Shown here piece by piece: positions 25,159 through 38,740 of a DNA stretch of 64,000 nucleotides (positions within the stretch are counted from its first letter, which is position 1; the number at the start of each line of letters is the position of its first letter). The notes under the pieces were generated by a model. The model was not told the DNA's origin. It was given only the letters and a program-made list of their open reading frames with translations, and ran no database searches. The stretch spans positions 159,218,001-159,282,000 of the forward strand of contig NC_058368.1 in NCBI RefSeq assembly GCF_018350175.1, given 5' to 3'. The position numbers and the translations under genes were made by a program. The DNA is from Felis catus (lineage: Eukaryota).

Positions 25159-27317
25159 AATATTTATAAAGATCTTTATCATGTGAACTGAAATTTATCT
25201 CTATGCATTTTTATTAGTCTTAATTCTACCCTATCAAGAATAACAGGACAAGTTTGCTCCTCCCCTGTTTATAGAGACATATAATCCATCCAAAATGGAT
25301 TATAATCCATCCAATTTCTCTTATTTTCCTTACAGGGTGATTATAAAAAATCTCTACATTTTTCACAGTGTTCAATATGGTACAGTATACATTTTCATTT
25401 ATGAGTGTCCTTGAAAGTGCTCTCTAAAAGAATGGAGAGTAAACCCAAACAAGATAATCTAGATGTGGACTGGTTATTGGTATACCAGTAGGTAGGTCCA
25501 GATAAACTAGACAAAATAGAATGTGTACAGAGGTGAGTCCAGCATTTTTAGATGATACCAGTGTTGATTCTGTAGAGAAACAAGAAACATAATAATGTCT
25601 TTACTTGGAAATTTGAGTTTAAAAGTAAATGGATCTCTTTTTAAGTAGTATTTAATGAATACTTTATTTAGAAGTTTCTTACTCTTTGTTAAATACTATA
25701 AATTTGTCTTTATATAGCAAATTAGTCATTATCTACTTATGAAACTAAAATATTTTTAAAAATTATGAAAAGTTAGGAGAGCAGATAAGATAAAAACTGA
25801 GTTTAGTACTTAAAATCATCTGGAAAACAATTACTTTTGGACATGTCAATAATATGAGCTGTAATTCATCCAATGATAAGTAGTAAGGATAAAGAAATTA
25901 TTATAAACAGCCATATTATTGTTTGTACATCAAAAGAAACTTTCTTATTAAAGCTGCCGTTGGACCATTCACTGTGAAGGAATTCATCCGAACATTTTCC
26001 CTTACTAAAGTTAAATTCAGGTCCTTAGAACCTTTCACCTGAGACATTATTCTAGTTAAGTTTTTACTATATAATTTTAATTTGTCTCCTCCATCTATTC
26101 TTTGTGGGTTTTTTCCCTAAAACATATATTTCTGCCTGTTCTAAGGCAGGACTTTTGCCTTTCCATTTCATACTCAAAATCATCTATGCATAGATGATGG
26201 ATGGATGTTACTTCATGTCTCAGCATCATCTGGGCTACAGGCTGCCTGGATCCCTGTATTAGATTCCAAGACTAAGCTGTAATGCACTGGGAAAAGTCCT
26301 GGATTCATATCCCTCTCTTTCCCAGGTGGGGCAGGGAAGAATGGCAGCATATTTGAGAGATATTTGTGTTCCTCTTCTAACAGCTCCTTAAGTGCTAAGG
26401 GTGGAAACATATCACATAAACTATAATTAAAAGATGTGATGTCAACTTAGCTTTCCAAACTTGTTATGTTCACCTCTCATAATCCACTATCAATCAAAGT
26501 GAAATACATACATGCATAACAAATTAACTACCTATCCCCAGGTCCTACCTTACCTCTGTAGGTCGTATTATTTACCCTCCCACTCAGCCTTGTCAGATTT
26601 TTCTTTGTTCCTTTATTAGTTTTTTTTTTTTTTTTTCATTCTTGTTTTACAGCTTGGCTGTATGTGTGTGTATTTACATTAAAAAAAAGTTTTTTTTAAA
26701 TCTAACCGAACTTTCCACATATTGGGAATATGTGTGAATGTGCATGTGTAGATGTGAGAATGAAAGTCTGCATCTGATTTGTACGCCATCATGATTAAAA
26801 GTCCATTTGAGCAAATATATATTTTGAAACTGTACTTTGCTTAGCACTTTAAAATGTTCTCTTGTCTTATTATATGGGTAGTTGATTTTAGTTGTAATCT
26901 CTAATTTACTTTTGTTTATTTGTTGTTAACTTATTTTCTTTACTGTTATAGGATAAGAAAGTTGATTATGCTTTGGAATTTTAATATACTGGGTGAGATA
27001 TAAGTTTGAGTCTTAATAATAAAAAGATACCTGTTGCTTTGGTGTTCAAATAACCCCAAACTTAAGAAGATTGTATAATTGCTAACTCTTTATACAATTT
27101 ATTTGTTGCATAGTGGAACCCTTAAAAAGGAAACCATATGCAGAAGATGAATAGATAAAAGCAGAATTTCCCTCATTGAGGCAAAATCTTCTACCTTTTG
27201 ATTTCCCTCTTCTTGTCCATTGGCATCACTGAAAGCACCTCTTTTGAACCTCAGAGTTACTGTCTGTAAATGCTATTCTCAGGATATATCCCATACCGCA
27301 TGATGCCTATAAACTAT

Positions 27318-27802
27318 TGTGATGGACAGAATCATGGTCCTCCAAATATGTCCACATCCTAAGCCTTGGAATTTGTGGATATTTACTGTATATACAAAGT
27401 AGACTTTCAGGTATGATTAAATTAATCTTGAATTAGATTATCCTGGATCACCTGTGTGGACCCACTGTAATTACTAGGTTCTTTTGAGTAAAAGAGAGTG
27501 GCAGGAGAGTCAAAATCAAAGAAGAAGATGTGACAATGGAAGCAAAGGTTGGAGTGCTGTAGCTTTGTAGATGGAAAGGAGCCATGAGCCCAAGAATGCC
27601 ACCAGCCTCCAAAGGCTGGAAAAGGCAAGGAAATATACCCTAGAGCCTCTAGAAGAAACATAGCCCTCCTAATACCTTGATTTTTTACCATCAAAGATTG
27701 ATGTTTAGAATTCTGACCTGCAGAACTGAAAGATAATTTTTTACCACTTTGATCCGTTCAGTTAATGTGTATTTGCTACAGAAGAAATAGAAAACTAATA
27801 TA
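27318..27802 (+). mobile_element. MLT1D-like MaLR solo LTR
   Basis: TGTGATGGACAGAATCATGGTCCTCCAAATATGTCCACATCCTAA start; GGAAAAGGCAAGGAAA...CCTAGAGCCTCTAGAAG; end ATAGAAAACTAATATA. Confidence 0.88.
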
Positions 27803-30769
27803 AGTAATAAGCTAACAACAGGTGAAAGGATGTATCCCAGTTTATGGCTATTTGAACAAATCAGTAAGGTTTCATAGAGTAGTATACAAGCTAATCATTT
27901 ATTTCCTTTAAACATTAAATTAATGTGTACTACCTATGGTTGTATCACAATTTTAAAATATGTATAATATAAGGCAAGATTTAATAGAATTTAATATCTT
28001 TGTGTCCTCATAGTTTTCAAAATGCTTTTACTTTGATTGTTGTATCTAATACATATACACACAAATGAAAGTTTCTTAGGTACCACTGACAAATTTAATC
28101 TAAATCAGAAGTGTATTTAACCTCAGATTAGGGGGTAACAAAGAATTGAATCCAACAAATTTATGATATTTCAGATTCTGGTATGACATTATTCTCAGGT
28201 AATTACAAAATTTTCAGTAGCAAACCATCAGTGCAATGAAAACATTATTTGTTGAATCAACCCATCTCAGTTTTGAAAACCTTATTCAGAAATTGTCTTT
28301 TCCTTAAAACATGAGCACATTAGTAACAGTTTTATCCTTTGAGGTGCACGGAATATTGCTTATGACTAAATAAGACATCTGAAGACAACCAAACCGCTGT
28401 CTCTTCCTTTCATTGTCCTCTGGTTTTCAGCTTCCATCGTAATGACAACTTTCTCTTTTCAACTCCAGTTTTTTACTTGATTCTCCCCTATTTGCTTGAT
28501 TCCAAATAATAATCATAATCATACCATAAATCAAAATCATAATAGAGAGTTATTCTTCAGTCATTTGTACCTTGACCTCATTATCACCATCTGGGCATAA
28601 TTTATCACCTTCAGGAGATAGCCTGAGAGGAACGAGTTGATTCTGAATTCCGTCATCCATCTTGGGCTACATCTTTCTCTCATTTGTTTTCATTTTATTC
28701 TTTTCATCTGAAATTTACTTTTAACAGAAATGACAGCCAAAGAATATGGCCCAGGAATTCTATTCTCTTTTTGTCAAATATCAACATTTTATAATTGACC
28801 CAACCATACTCCAAAGAGTATCATATTCAACCACAGAGACCCATACTCTTTGATTTTATTTGAGGGCTGATATAATTTAAAATTAAAAATAAACAAACAA
28901 AAATCTTGGCCAAATACAATTCTAAAACAAACAGAAATGTCACCATCAACACCACCAAAATTTTATAGTCTGTTTTGCTTTTATGATCATGGACCAGTTC
29001 TGAATTCTAAGAAGCACCATTATAGTTCCCTGAGACCTTCATATTGCTTCATCCTAATGAAATGAGGGAATTAAGGAGTGTTTCCCTCACTTGATAAAGT
29101 CACAACTCTGTTAATTGGTAGAGGTGGGTATCATTGTTTTAAGCCCGAGTCTAGTGCTACTTCTTCCATAATATTTTTCTTGGTGTCATTCCAAACTTCG
29201 ATACCTAAAAATTGAGCTGTGGATTTCTTAGGACCTAATTTGAGTGCAATAAGTGCAAATTGCACAAGAAGTGTGTTTCTATGATAAATTTCAACTACTA
29301 TAAATTATTATTTAATTTAACCTATTTATTTGCCATTCTGGCTCATTTTTCCTCATAGTTGGAGAGGTTAAGCCTGACTGATCAAATGCATGCTTCAGCC
29401 CTGTATGTCTTCTATAGTCTACTTGACAATGATCAGAACTGTTAATGGCTTTGCAGCTGATTTAATTCCCACTCAGAGAATCTTGTCTATAATTTTCCCT
29501 GCTAATCTCATTTTTTTGCACGGGCAAGTAATGCTTTCCTTCCATTTGGCTTCTAAATATACCAATGTTCATTTAAGTTATTTTCCTGTACTGTTCAGCT
29601 TGGATTTTGTACATTTTTTTCTGTGACAAACAAGAACATTAAAAAATAAACGGAAAGAAAAGTCAAATTACTTATCTTTACCCATATGCTATGATTTTTT
29701 TATTTTCCATTAGGAAAACACTACTTTGGTAGTTATATGTCTACTACATTCCAAAAAAATTTTCCCTATCAGTAAATAATCCAGATGAGATGAATGTTCC
29801 TTCATAGTTTAATCTTTTTTAAGAGACTTCTGCCTTTTAAAAGGTAAATACCTTTTATCTTTCCTCAAATTTGAAAACATGTAAGTGGGGAAAAAAGGTA
29901 TTGTTGGTTACATTATTTATATCTAATTTTATATTTCCATGTTATATTGTTTTATAATCTTATTATTTTCTGTACCTTCTAAAGACACAATAATGCAAAG
30001 GAATTTATTCCCAAGGGAACTATTTATGTGTCTTTAGACAAATTGTGTAAACTCTCTGGGCTTCATTTGCTTTATTTACTTATTGTGCCATATACCTAGG
30101 GAAATACTAGCTAAAAAGTGTGAGAGATTATAGGGAGAGGAAATTAAAGAGTGATAGCAATAAAATAATTGTGTGCATACTATGTTGAGCAGTTTGGAAT
30201 TCATTTAGCAGGTGATATGAGGGAACTGTTGAAATGTTTTAAGAGAAACCATGAGGTTATATTTGTGTTTCATAGAAATGACTCCAGAGTTGATGTAGTA
30301 AATGGATTTGACAGGTCTAAAACCTTGATGAGATGGTCCCAATTTCAAATATATCCCATTGTCATCATGAATCCATTTGTGTTTGTTAGATAACACGATC
30401 TATATTTTTTGGTTTAATAAATGAGGACATTTTATTACTTTGAAAAATGGGGACAATAAAATTTGCATGGCTGGACTGAAGAAAGGAGATGTACCCTTAC
30501 TATGTAGGAAGTTCTGATACCTACAATATATGAATTTACTGGAGAGTCAGTATCTCTCTAACATCTTATATGAATGAACCCATGTTTTGAGTATAACATG
30601 TTAGATACTGTGTTAGGACCTTTAATCTAGGTAGTAGCTCAATTTGTGCAATAATCCAATAATGAAGATGTGGTACAATTAAAGATTACTATACAGTATA
30701 AGTGCTATGTATAATGCTATAGTGCTATAATAATATTATAGTGCTATACTGTTTCACACCAGCTCTCTT

Positions 30770-30895
30770 AAGGAGTTATGGCTATTCCCCTTATACAGAT
30801 TGTAACACTATGACTCAGCTTTGTGCAAGGTTATATAACTAGTAAGTGATGGGAATGAAATTAAATCCAGATCTGTGTAACTTCAAAGCTCACTC
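30770..30895 (-). mobile_element. MIR
   Basis: TTGTGCAAGGTTATATAACTAGTAAGTG...AAATCCAGATCTGTGTAACTTCAAAGC. Confidence 0.7.
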
Positions 30896-32109
30896 TGTTG
30901 GTATAGACTGGATCTACAGTACAGTGTATTGTACTGTCTTTCTAGAGGAAAATGAGAATTAAATTAGTTAAACCATGGATTCTTAGCAAGTGGCAGAACC
31001 AGATCTTCTGATTTTAGGTATACTGTTCTTTTCATTGCACCAGAGCTGTCTTCTGTATCCATGGAGCTACACTAAAAACCACAGCTTCTCAGGAACATCC
31101 TTAGACTTTGGTGCTCTGCTTGCCTTCTGGATTGTCAAACAGAACTTAAGCCTGAACATTTTCTACATCCTTATCCCCTTTAGCATGATCAAAAGTTGAT
31201 CATCCGATATATAGGTTAGGTGTCAACACCCCTTAGTTGTATTTTATTGGCATTTACATTTTTTTAATTTGTGGTGCAATGATATGTAACAGAGTACACA
31301 ATTGGCCAGAACATACCATTCCCTCATCATTTACTATATGCTTATCTCAAAACACCAAGAGAGATTTTTTTAGTGATATTTAAAAACTCTTATTTCCGAT
31401 TGCTTTTCTACAAAGGATCTAGAATTTGTTAAATTTGGGGGAAAGGTCTAAGCTACAGTTTACATAGTGTACTTAAGTTTTCTAGTAGTTAGTCCTATAG
31501 ATATTAAAAAGTAAATAATAGCCATCCTCATTTCATGAGGAAAATAAAATTAAAATATCCTTATTCATTCATTGCATTAATTGTGTATACAAATCACCAG
31601 TTGTCTGTTCTTCATCAAATAATTATTTCTGGAATTATGCTCTTCATGGCCACCTAAGGTACTGCTTATCTTGTTTTTTTGTTTTTCTTGGTTTCTTTGA
31701 TACACTGTCATTCTTGGCCACACCCTTCTTCACCAGAGGCCCTTCTCTTGTTTCAGGATGCCATTCTCTCATGTTTTCCTTTTTTCACTGTATGCCTGTC
31801 CCCTGCTTATTTTCTTTGAATTAGTATATTTATTTTATCTTATTTAAATTATTAACCAGTTCTATGTATACTGCAAGAACAGGAAGCAAGTATTATCTAA
31901 TCTATATAGAAGAGGTACATTTTATGACCTGTTAAAATAATGTATTACATTCTTGACAGTCTCTATATATAAGTTGTCCTGGAGACTCCCATCTACCGAA
32001 ACTAGTGCATTCACGGTTGAGGGCAAATTGTTCACTGCTAAGTTTTGACTATCAAATCACAATTGCTGCATATGTGGCGTGAATGCCAACTCTCTTGAGA
32101 GTTAGAAGT

Positions 32110-32600
32110 TTCTAAATTCTGAAATTCCCAGGAACTTCCAACTCCAACCTGAGAATAAAATTCTCTGGGTACTATTTTCCTGGTAGCTTCCAGGTAAACT
32201 TAGCCCTGTAACTTGGGGTCCAGAATAAGATACATGAAGTAGGGTTACTTTAATTGATCTTCAGATCTAGAGCCAGAAGCAGAACTTTGTAGTGACTCCA
32301 CAGACATATGAGTTAATGATTTTTGCCACTATGTTTATGAATTATTTGTTATTTGGCGTTATTGTAGTAGTAGCTGAGTGCTTATAGAAATTGCAGCGTA
32401 AAAGCCTGAATGTAGGACTTTATTATAAAACAATGTAGAGAGGGCATCAGATTTGAAGCTACACAAACAAGCTCTTGTCTGGAAAGCAAAATGTAGTAAA
32501 GTTTAAGCAACAAGCAGGAAATGGAGATATTGTGAGGAAAGTGATTGGGGTTGACTTATGTTCTACATATAATGGATGAGAGGCCCTTTCAGTTTGCCAT
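32110..32600 (+). mobile_element. Decayed MLT1 LTR with adjacent MaLR internal fragment
   Basis: LTR-like end TTATTGTAGTAGTAGCTGAGTGCTTATAGAA followed by AAAAGCCTGAATGT...GGAAATGGAGA. Weak match. Confidence 0.4.
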
Positions 32601-33283
32601 GTGGTATAAAGAGAAAAACTTGTGAAAAATTTATCCAACTGTATTTGGAAAAATCTAAACTGTATGTACCAAATCCTTGACAAGATTCTGGATATTTCCT
32701 CTCAATGATGATCCTATCTGAGCACAGATAGCAATTATGAAAAACAAACAATTCTAGCAAAACCACTATTGCTATTTCTACCCATATATTTATGTGACAC
32801 GTTAGGTAGGAAAGCAAGAGGAACCTAGCTATAGATGAGCCTCAGCTCAACCCAGGTTTCCAAATATGAAGATACAATGCAGTCGCATCTCAATCCCCAG
32901 ACAACGAGGTGGTTCATCTCATATGTGAAATGATTTAAAATAGTGTCTTAATTATAATTGGAATAAAAATTTTACATAAACTACTAAAAATGTGTAAAAC
33001 CTTATTGGAAGTTCTTGCTATGTAATAGTGATTTTCAATCGCTTTTCCCTGCTACTCTCATAATTTAAAAAAAACTATCTTTAACTTCATTAAATTATTA
33101 AAAATGTTCCTTATAGGTCTAAATTGCTAGATCAATCTCCAGTAAATTATACATGCTGACTTTCAAAAATAATACCATGATTTCTTTCAATATTTATTTG
33201 CTTACTTTAGAGAGGATAAAACAGAATTAGTTTTTTTTTAAAGCAATTTTTCAACTTCCTACCTTCTTTCCTCTTTAAATTTT

Positions 33284-33328
33284 ATGTATGTATGTATGTA
33301 TGTATGTATGTATGTATGTATGTATGTA
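33284..33328. repeat. (TATG)n tetranucleotide microsatellite
   Basis: About 11 perfect units. Confidence 0.98.
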
Positions 33329-33973
33329 TTTTTTCAAAGAATGCACCTCTTTATTAAAGGTACTCAATTACATGGTTCAGGTAAATTATCCTCATACTCT
33401 TACAGAATGTCCTAACATCATTTGAATCCATCTTCCCCAATTTCTTTACCACTCTCCAAATATGAAACCCTTTTGAGGTTCCATGTTCTTTACATTGCCA
33501 ATCCGTCATTCCTTTCCAACTCAAGTTCCTTTCTTTCTTCATTTTTTAGTGCTTGTTTGTTTTAATTTAAATCCAAGTTAGTTAATATATAGTGTAATCA
33601 TGATTTCAGGAATAGAATTTAGTGATGCATCAAGTAAATGTAACACCCAGTGCTTATCCCAAGAAGTATCCTCCTTAATGCCCCTAGCCCATTTAATCCA
33701 TCCCCACCCCAACACCCCCTCCAGCAACCCTCAGTTTGTTCTCTGTATTTAAGAGTCTCTTATGGTTCATCTCCCTCTCTGTTTTTATATTATTTTTCCT
33801 TCCCTACCCTTATGTTCTTCTGTTTTGTATCTAAAATTGTACATATGAGTGAAATCATGTGATATTTGTCTTTTTCTGACTGACTTACTTTGCTTAGCAT
33901 AATACACCCTAGTGTCAGCCATGTTGTTGCAAATGGCAAGATTTGATTCTTTTTGATCACCAAGCAATATTCT

Positions 33974-33976
<3 letters not shown>

Positions 33977-34018
<42 letters not shown>
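33977..34018. repeat. (GT)n microsatellite at an L1 deletion junction
   Basis: About 21 GT units. Confidence 0.97.
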
Positions 34019-34021
<3 letters not shown>

Positions 34022-35128
34022 TGATTGTGAACAATTCTTTTAATGTATTGGATATGGTTTGCTAGTATTTTATTGAGTATTTTTGCATCCATGTTTATCA
34101 GGGAAATTGGTCTGTAGTTCTCCTTTCTGGTGGGGTCTTTGGTTTTGGAATCAAGGTAATTCTGGTTTCATAGAATGAGTTTGGAAGTTTTCCTTCCATT
34201 TCTATTTTTTGGAGCAGCTTCAAAAGAATAGGTGTTAAGTCTTCTGTAAATGTTTGGTAGAATTCCCCTGGAAAGCCATCCAGCCCTGGATTCTTGTTTG
34301 TTGGTATATTTTTTGATTACTGACTCAATTTCTTTATGGATTATGGGTATGTGCAAATTTTCTATTTCTTCCTGTTTCAACTTTGGTTGTTTATATGTTT
34401 TGGGAATTGGTCCATTACTTTCAGATTTCCCAATTTATTGGCATATAATTGCTCATAATTCTCTCTTATGATTGTATTTCTGCATTGTTGATTGTGATAG
34501 ATCCTCTTTCTTTCTTGATTTTATTTATTTTGGTCCATCCTTTCCTTTTTCTTTGTGATCAATCCATCTAGAGTTTTATCAATTTTGTTAGTTCTTACAA
34601 AGAACCAGCTCCCAGACTCATTGACCTGTTCTACTGGGTTTTGTTGTTGTTGTTGTTGTGTGTGTGTTTTTTGTTTGGTTTGTTTTTCTTCTATCATTCA
34701 TTTCTGCTCTATTATTTATTATTTCCTGCTTCTGCTGGCTTGGGGCTTTATTCACTGTTATTTTCAAGCTCTTTTAGATGTGAGGCTAGGTTGTGTCTTT
34801 GAGACCTTTCTTCCTTCTTTAGGAAGGCCTGGATTGCTATATACCTCCCTCTTATGACTGCCTTTGCTGCATCTCGGAGGTTTTGGGCTGTCATGTTTTC
34901 ATTTTCATTGGCTTCCATGTACTTTTTAATTTCCTCTTTAACTTCTTGGTTAACCCATTCATTCTTTAGTACTATGTTCTTTAATCTCCAAGTATTCAGG
35001 GTCTTTCTAAATTGTTTCCTGTGGTTAATTTTAAGTTTCATAACATTGTGGTCTGAAAATATGCAAGGTATGATCTCAATCATCCCATTGTTGAGGGATG
35101 ATTTGTGATCCAATATGTGTTCTCTTGC

Positions 35129-35359
35129 TTTTTAAAAAAATTTTTTTTAATGTTTATTTATTTTTGAGAGAGAGACAGAGACAGAGCATGAGAGTGAGCA
35201 GGAGAGGTGCAGAGAGAGAGGGAGACACAGAATCTGAAGCAGGCTCCAGGCTCCAAACTGTCAACACAGAGCCCAACGTGGGGCTCGAACTCACAGACCG
35301 CAAGATCATGACCTGAGCCGAAGTCGGATGCTCAATCGACTGAGCCGCCCAGGCGCCCC
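35129..35359 (-). mobile_element. Can-SINE (SINEC_Fc-like) inside L1
   Basis: Reverse head CTGAGCCGCCCAGGCGCCCC; body ACAGAATCTGAAGCAGGCTCCAGGCTC. Confidence 0.95.
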
Positions 35360-37447
35360 ATCTATTTCTAAATTCTAATTTCTACTTCAGACATCTTGCT
35401 TGTATCTGTGTTGATTAAGCCCCTGGCTGTCATTTCTTCCTATTCTTTCTTTTGGGGTGAATTCCTTCATTTTGTCATTTTGGAGGAAGAAAACAATTAA
35501 TGAAATAAAAAATTAAAATTAAAAAACATAAAAACAATACAAAATATCAAATAAAGGAAACTAGATCCTAGGTGTGTTTTGGTCTGCTTGTTGAAAGAAG
35601 CTTGGTAGAATATAAGAAAAAGGAAAAGAAAAGAGGAAAAAAGGTAAGAAAAACATTAAAAATTAAAAACTATGTAATGGAATAAAGTGAAATAAAGAAA
35701 ATGATATAGAACAAAAAAATTTTTTAAATAAAAATAAAGTAAAAAAATAACTAAAAGTTTCCTCTTTCTGTATCCAAGAAAGAGGAAGAACACAAAGAAA
35801 GAAAAAAGGAAAACAATCTAAGTGAAAACAGAAGCAAAGAAAATGAACAAATAACCAGCAAACAGAATGAAACCCAAATGAAGTTACATCCAGTAACTAG
35901 AACATCCAATTCCCCTAGAACTGAAGCTATGAAGCCTTCTGTAGTTGGTAACCTAAGCAGATGAAGTGACTTGTGCTGGTCTTCTAGGGGATGTGCCTGG
36001 AGGGTGCAGTTGGGCGGGAATTGGTGTAATGGCTCTGTTCTTCACTAGGTAGCACTGCTTAGCTTACTGGGGTGGGTCATTGTGGCATGTATGTGCATGC
36101 ATACATGCATGTCCCTGGGAGAGATGGAAATGTCTTCACCCAGCTCCCTAGTTTCTGGTACAGGAACTTTGTGCTGTCATTGACCCACGATCCAGCACCC
36201 CTCCTTTTTCTCAGGCCTCTCTACACTCCCTGCTTTGACCCTGTTTCTGTCCAAGCCATATGCCCTCCAGGCAGCACCTCCCTGCCTGGGAGTTTTATCT
36301 CAGGTGGGGTTGTGTTTCAAAACCCCAAACTTCAGAGACCTCTGCAACTTGGACCCCCACCGACTCTCTGGGGGAGAGTCTCACTGAGCAATGGCCAGAT
36401 GCTGTCTTGCCCCAGAAAATGTTCGTGTGATCATGCAGTGGCAGCAGAGGTTCAGAAATTATGGCAAATCACAACACACAGACCATGCCAGGTTTCACCA
36501 CACTCTGGCATCTTTTTTTCCCAATACCAGCAAATGTGGCTGCTCTCTGGGGTCTACTGGTACCTTTGCCTGTGGGGAGGCTGTATGGCCTCTACCAAAT
36601 GCACTTGAAGCAGAGGAACTGCTTCTCCCCTTGTGGCACATGGACCCTTCAGACCCTGCTGTCTGCTCCTGGGGATTCACCCTGCTTCCTCACCAGAGCA
36701 CCGCCAAACACTGAACTCCGAAACTTCAAACTCTGCATTCCACTATTTATAGAATCCTGATAGTATTGAAACCCTCTCCTTTCTTCCCATCAATGATTTT
36801 GGGGAACAAATTACTTGTTCAGTCCCCTGCAAGTGTTTTCACTTTTTCTCTCTCTTTCTCTCCAGCCACTTCCAGGAAAGTGCTTTTCTTGCAGGATCCT
36901 TATGCCTGTACTCTTCCCCTTTCTCTTTCTCTGTTCTCTCTGCCAAAACAGCTCCCTACCCTCTGTGGCTTTTCTCCCCCCCCCCCCCCCCGCCCTTTTA
37001 CCTCTCCACACTGCAAACCTGCTGAGTTCTGTGGCTCAAGTGATGCAGATTGTGGTGTTAATCCTCAGATCAATTTCCTAGGTGTTTCAAGCAGTTTGGT
37101 GCTGATCTAGCTGCATTTCATGGATGAGACAAGCTCAGGATCTCCATGCTGCTCTCCCATCTTAACTCCTCCCCTATATGTATTGATTTATTATTTGTTT
37201 TGTCTTAAATAGGTTATACTTTCATTTGGTTCAAGATCAAAATACTATATAATAAGGCAAGCATTGATAAGTCTGGTTTCTATACCTGTGACCAACAGAT
37301 AACCACTTTTATTAGTTTCTTGGTATAATTCTAGTGTCTTTTAGGTATATACAGGCAAACATCAAAATAAGTTCTTCTGCTCTCAACTGTTCTTTCATAA
37401 AATAGAGCATACTATATAAAATGTATTGATTTTTATCTTTTAACAAT

Positions 37448-38120
37448 GGTATTTGTTTCCTAATTGTTGTAACAAATTACCAGAAATTTGTTTATGGCAT
37501 GAAAAACATAAATGTATTACCGTATATAATTCTGGAGGTTAAAAGTCTAAATCAGTCTTTCAGGTCTAGATTCAAGGTGTTTGCTGGACTAATTCCTTCT
37601 AAATCTATTTCTTGCTCTTCCAGCTTCTGGAGATTGCTTTGGTATTCCCTGGTGGGTGGGCAAACCACTCCATTATCTTCTTCCATCTTAATATTGCCTT
37701 CTCTTTTGTCATCACATCTTCCTTTGGCTCTTTTCTTTTCTTTTTTTTTAAGTTTATTTATTTGAGAGAGCACAAGTAGGGGAGCAGCAGAGAGAGAGGG
37801 AGGCAGAGAATCCCAAGCAGGTCCCGTGCTGTCATCACAGAGCCCAATGTGGGACTCAGACTCATGAAACCGTGAGATCATGACCTGAGCCAAAACCAAG
37901 AGTCAGATGCTTAACCAACTGAGCCACCCAGGTGTCACCTTTTGCTCCTTTTTCCAAAGATAACTGAAGTTACATTCAGGGTCCAGCTGGATAATCCATA
38001 TCAAGATCCTTATTTTAGTCATATTTGCAAATTATCTTTTTCCGTGTATGGTAATACTTAAAGGTTCTGATGATTGGGATGTGGATATCTTTGGTGAGAG
38101 TGCATTATTTAGACTGACAA
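37448..38120 (-). mobile_element. MLT1B/C-like LTR (interrupted by a SINE) within an L1ME relic
   Basis: TTGTAACAAATTACCA...AATTCTGGAGGTTAAAAGTCTAAATCAG...CCAGCTTCTGG...GATTGGGATGTGGATATCTTTGG. Confidence 0.8.
37731..37937 (-). mobile_element. Can-SINE
   Basis: Reverse head GATGCTTAACCAACTGAGCCACCCAGGTG; degenerate TSD CCTTT(G/T)GCTC. Confidence 0.93.
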
Positions 38121-38534
38121 AGCATTAGGTCCTGGAAATCACTCATATCAGTCATTAGAGGTTTTCTCACTTTATTTTTGTAGCTGCATATATTCCCATG
38201 TATAGCTGTACCACAGTTTATTTTAAATTCCTACTGATGGACATTTTTTTTTGTTTTACAGATAATTTTGCTGTTAATAACTTGATAAATCAACATTTTA
38301 AACCTGCTCATGTATAATATTATATGTAATATATATAAATATAAATGCATATAATGGTATATAAATATAAAATATTAATTTTAATACTTATTAAACATCA
38401 AGAGGAAAATTTTCTAAAATACACATGCTAATAAGTTACAGTGACTTTTTATAATTAGCTCATATTTCTGGTGATAAGTTATATTACTTGTTAGAATGAG
38501 ATAGTATTAAGCATCAATTCTATTTTTTCTTTTA

Positions 38535-38740
38535 TCTAATTTTTCTTTTTTTCTTGTTATTAAATGTTTATTTACTTTAACAAAGAGAGCATGAACAGGG
38601 ATGGGTAGAGACAGAGGGAGAGAGACAGTTTCTAAATATCCAATTTCTAATTGTGGTATTCCATCTCACAAACCCTGAGATCAAGACCTGAGCCAAAATC
38701 AAGAGCTGGATGCTCTACTGACTAAGCCACCTAACACCCC
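38535..38740 (-). mobile_element. Older Can-SINE
   Basis: GAGATCAAGACCTGAGCC...CTGACTAAGCCACCTAACACCCC; TSD-like CTATTTTT(T)CTTTTA on both sides. Confidence 0.85.

Larger units (their letters stand above)
33550..37174 (-). mobile_element. Carnivore L1 with 5'UTR, ORF1 start, part of ORF2 and 3'UTR; two large internal deletions
   Basis: 5'UTR ~37174-35480; ORF1 start MTK*RNSPQKKE*EEMTARGLINTDTSKMSE at ~35478. ORF2 endonuclease IEIIPCIFSDHN...TWRLKNIVLKNEWV (35113-34748), [17 protein letters not shown] (34380), [12 protein letters not shown] (34092). 3' end [13 protein letters not shown] (33960-33550). Confidence 0.9.

Noticed and set aside
26179..26198. Perfect 20-bp palindrome ATCATCTATGCATAGATGAT
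   Set aside because: One such palindrome in 64 kb of AT-rich DNA is not far from chance, and there is no supporting context.
33790..34092. In-frame fusion ORF of L1 RT start, (HT)n and the L1 ORF2 end
   Set aside because: A by-product of the deletion junction; the frame depends on an unstable dinucleotide repeat.
36072..36608. Longest ORF (178 aa), antisense in an L1 5'UTR, as an ORF0-like gene
   Set aside because: GTG start, GC-richer repeat sequence with fewer stops, no recognisable motif, and no counterpart seen in the related 5'UTR at 13250-14578.
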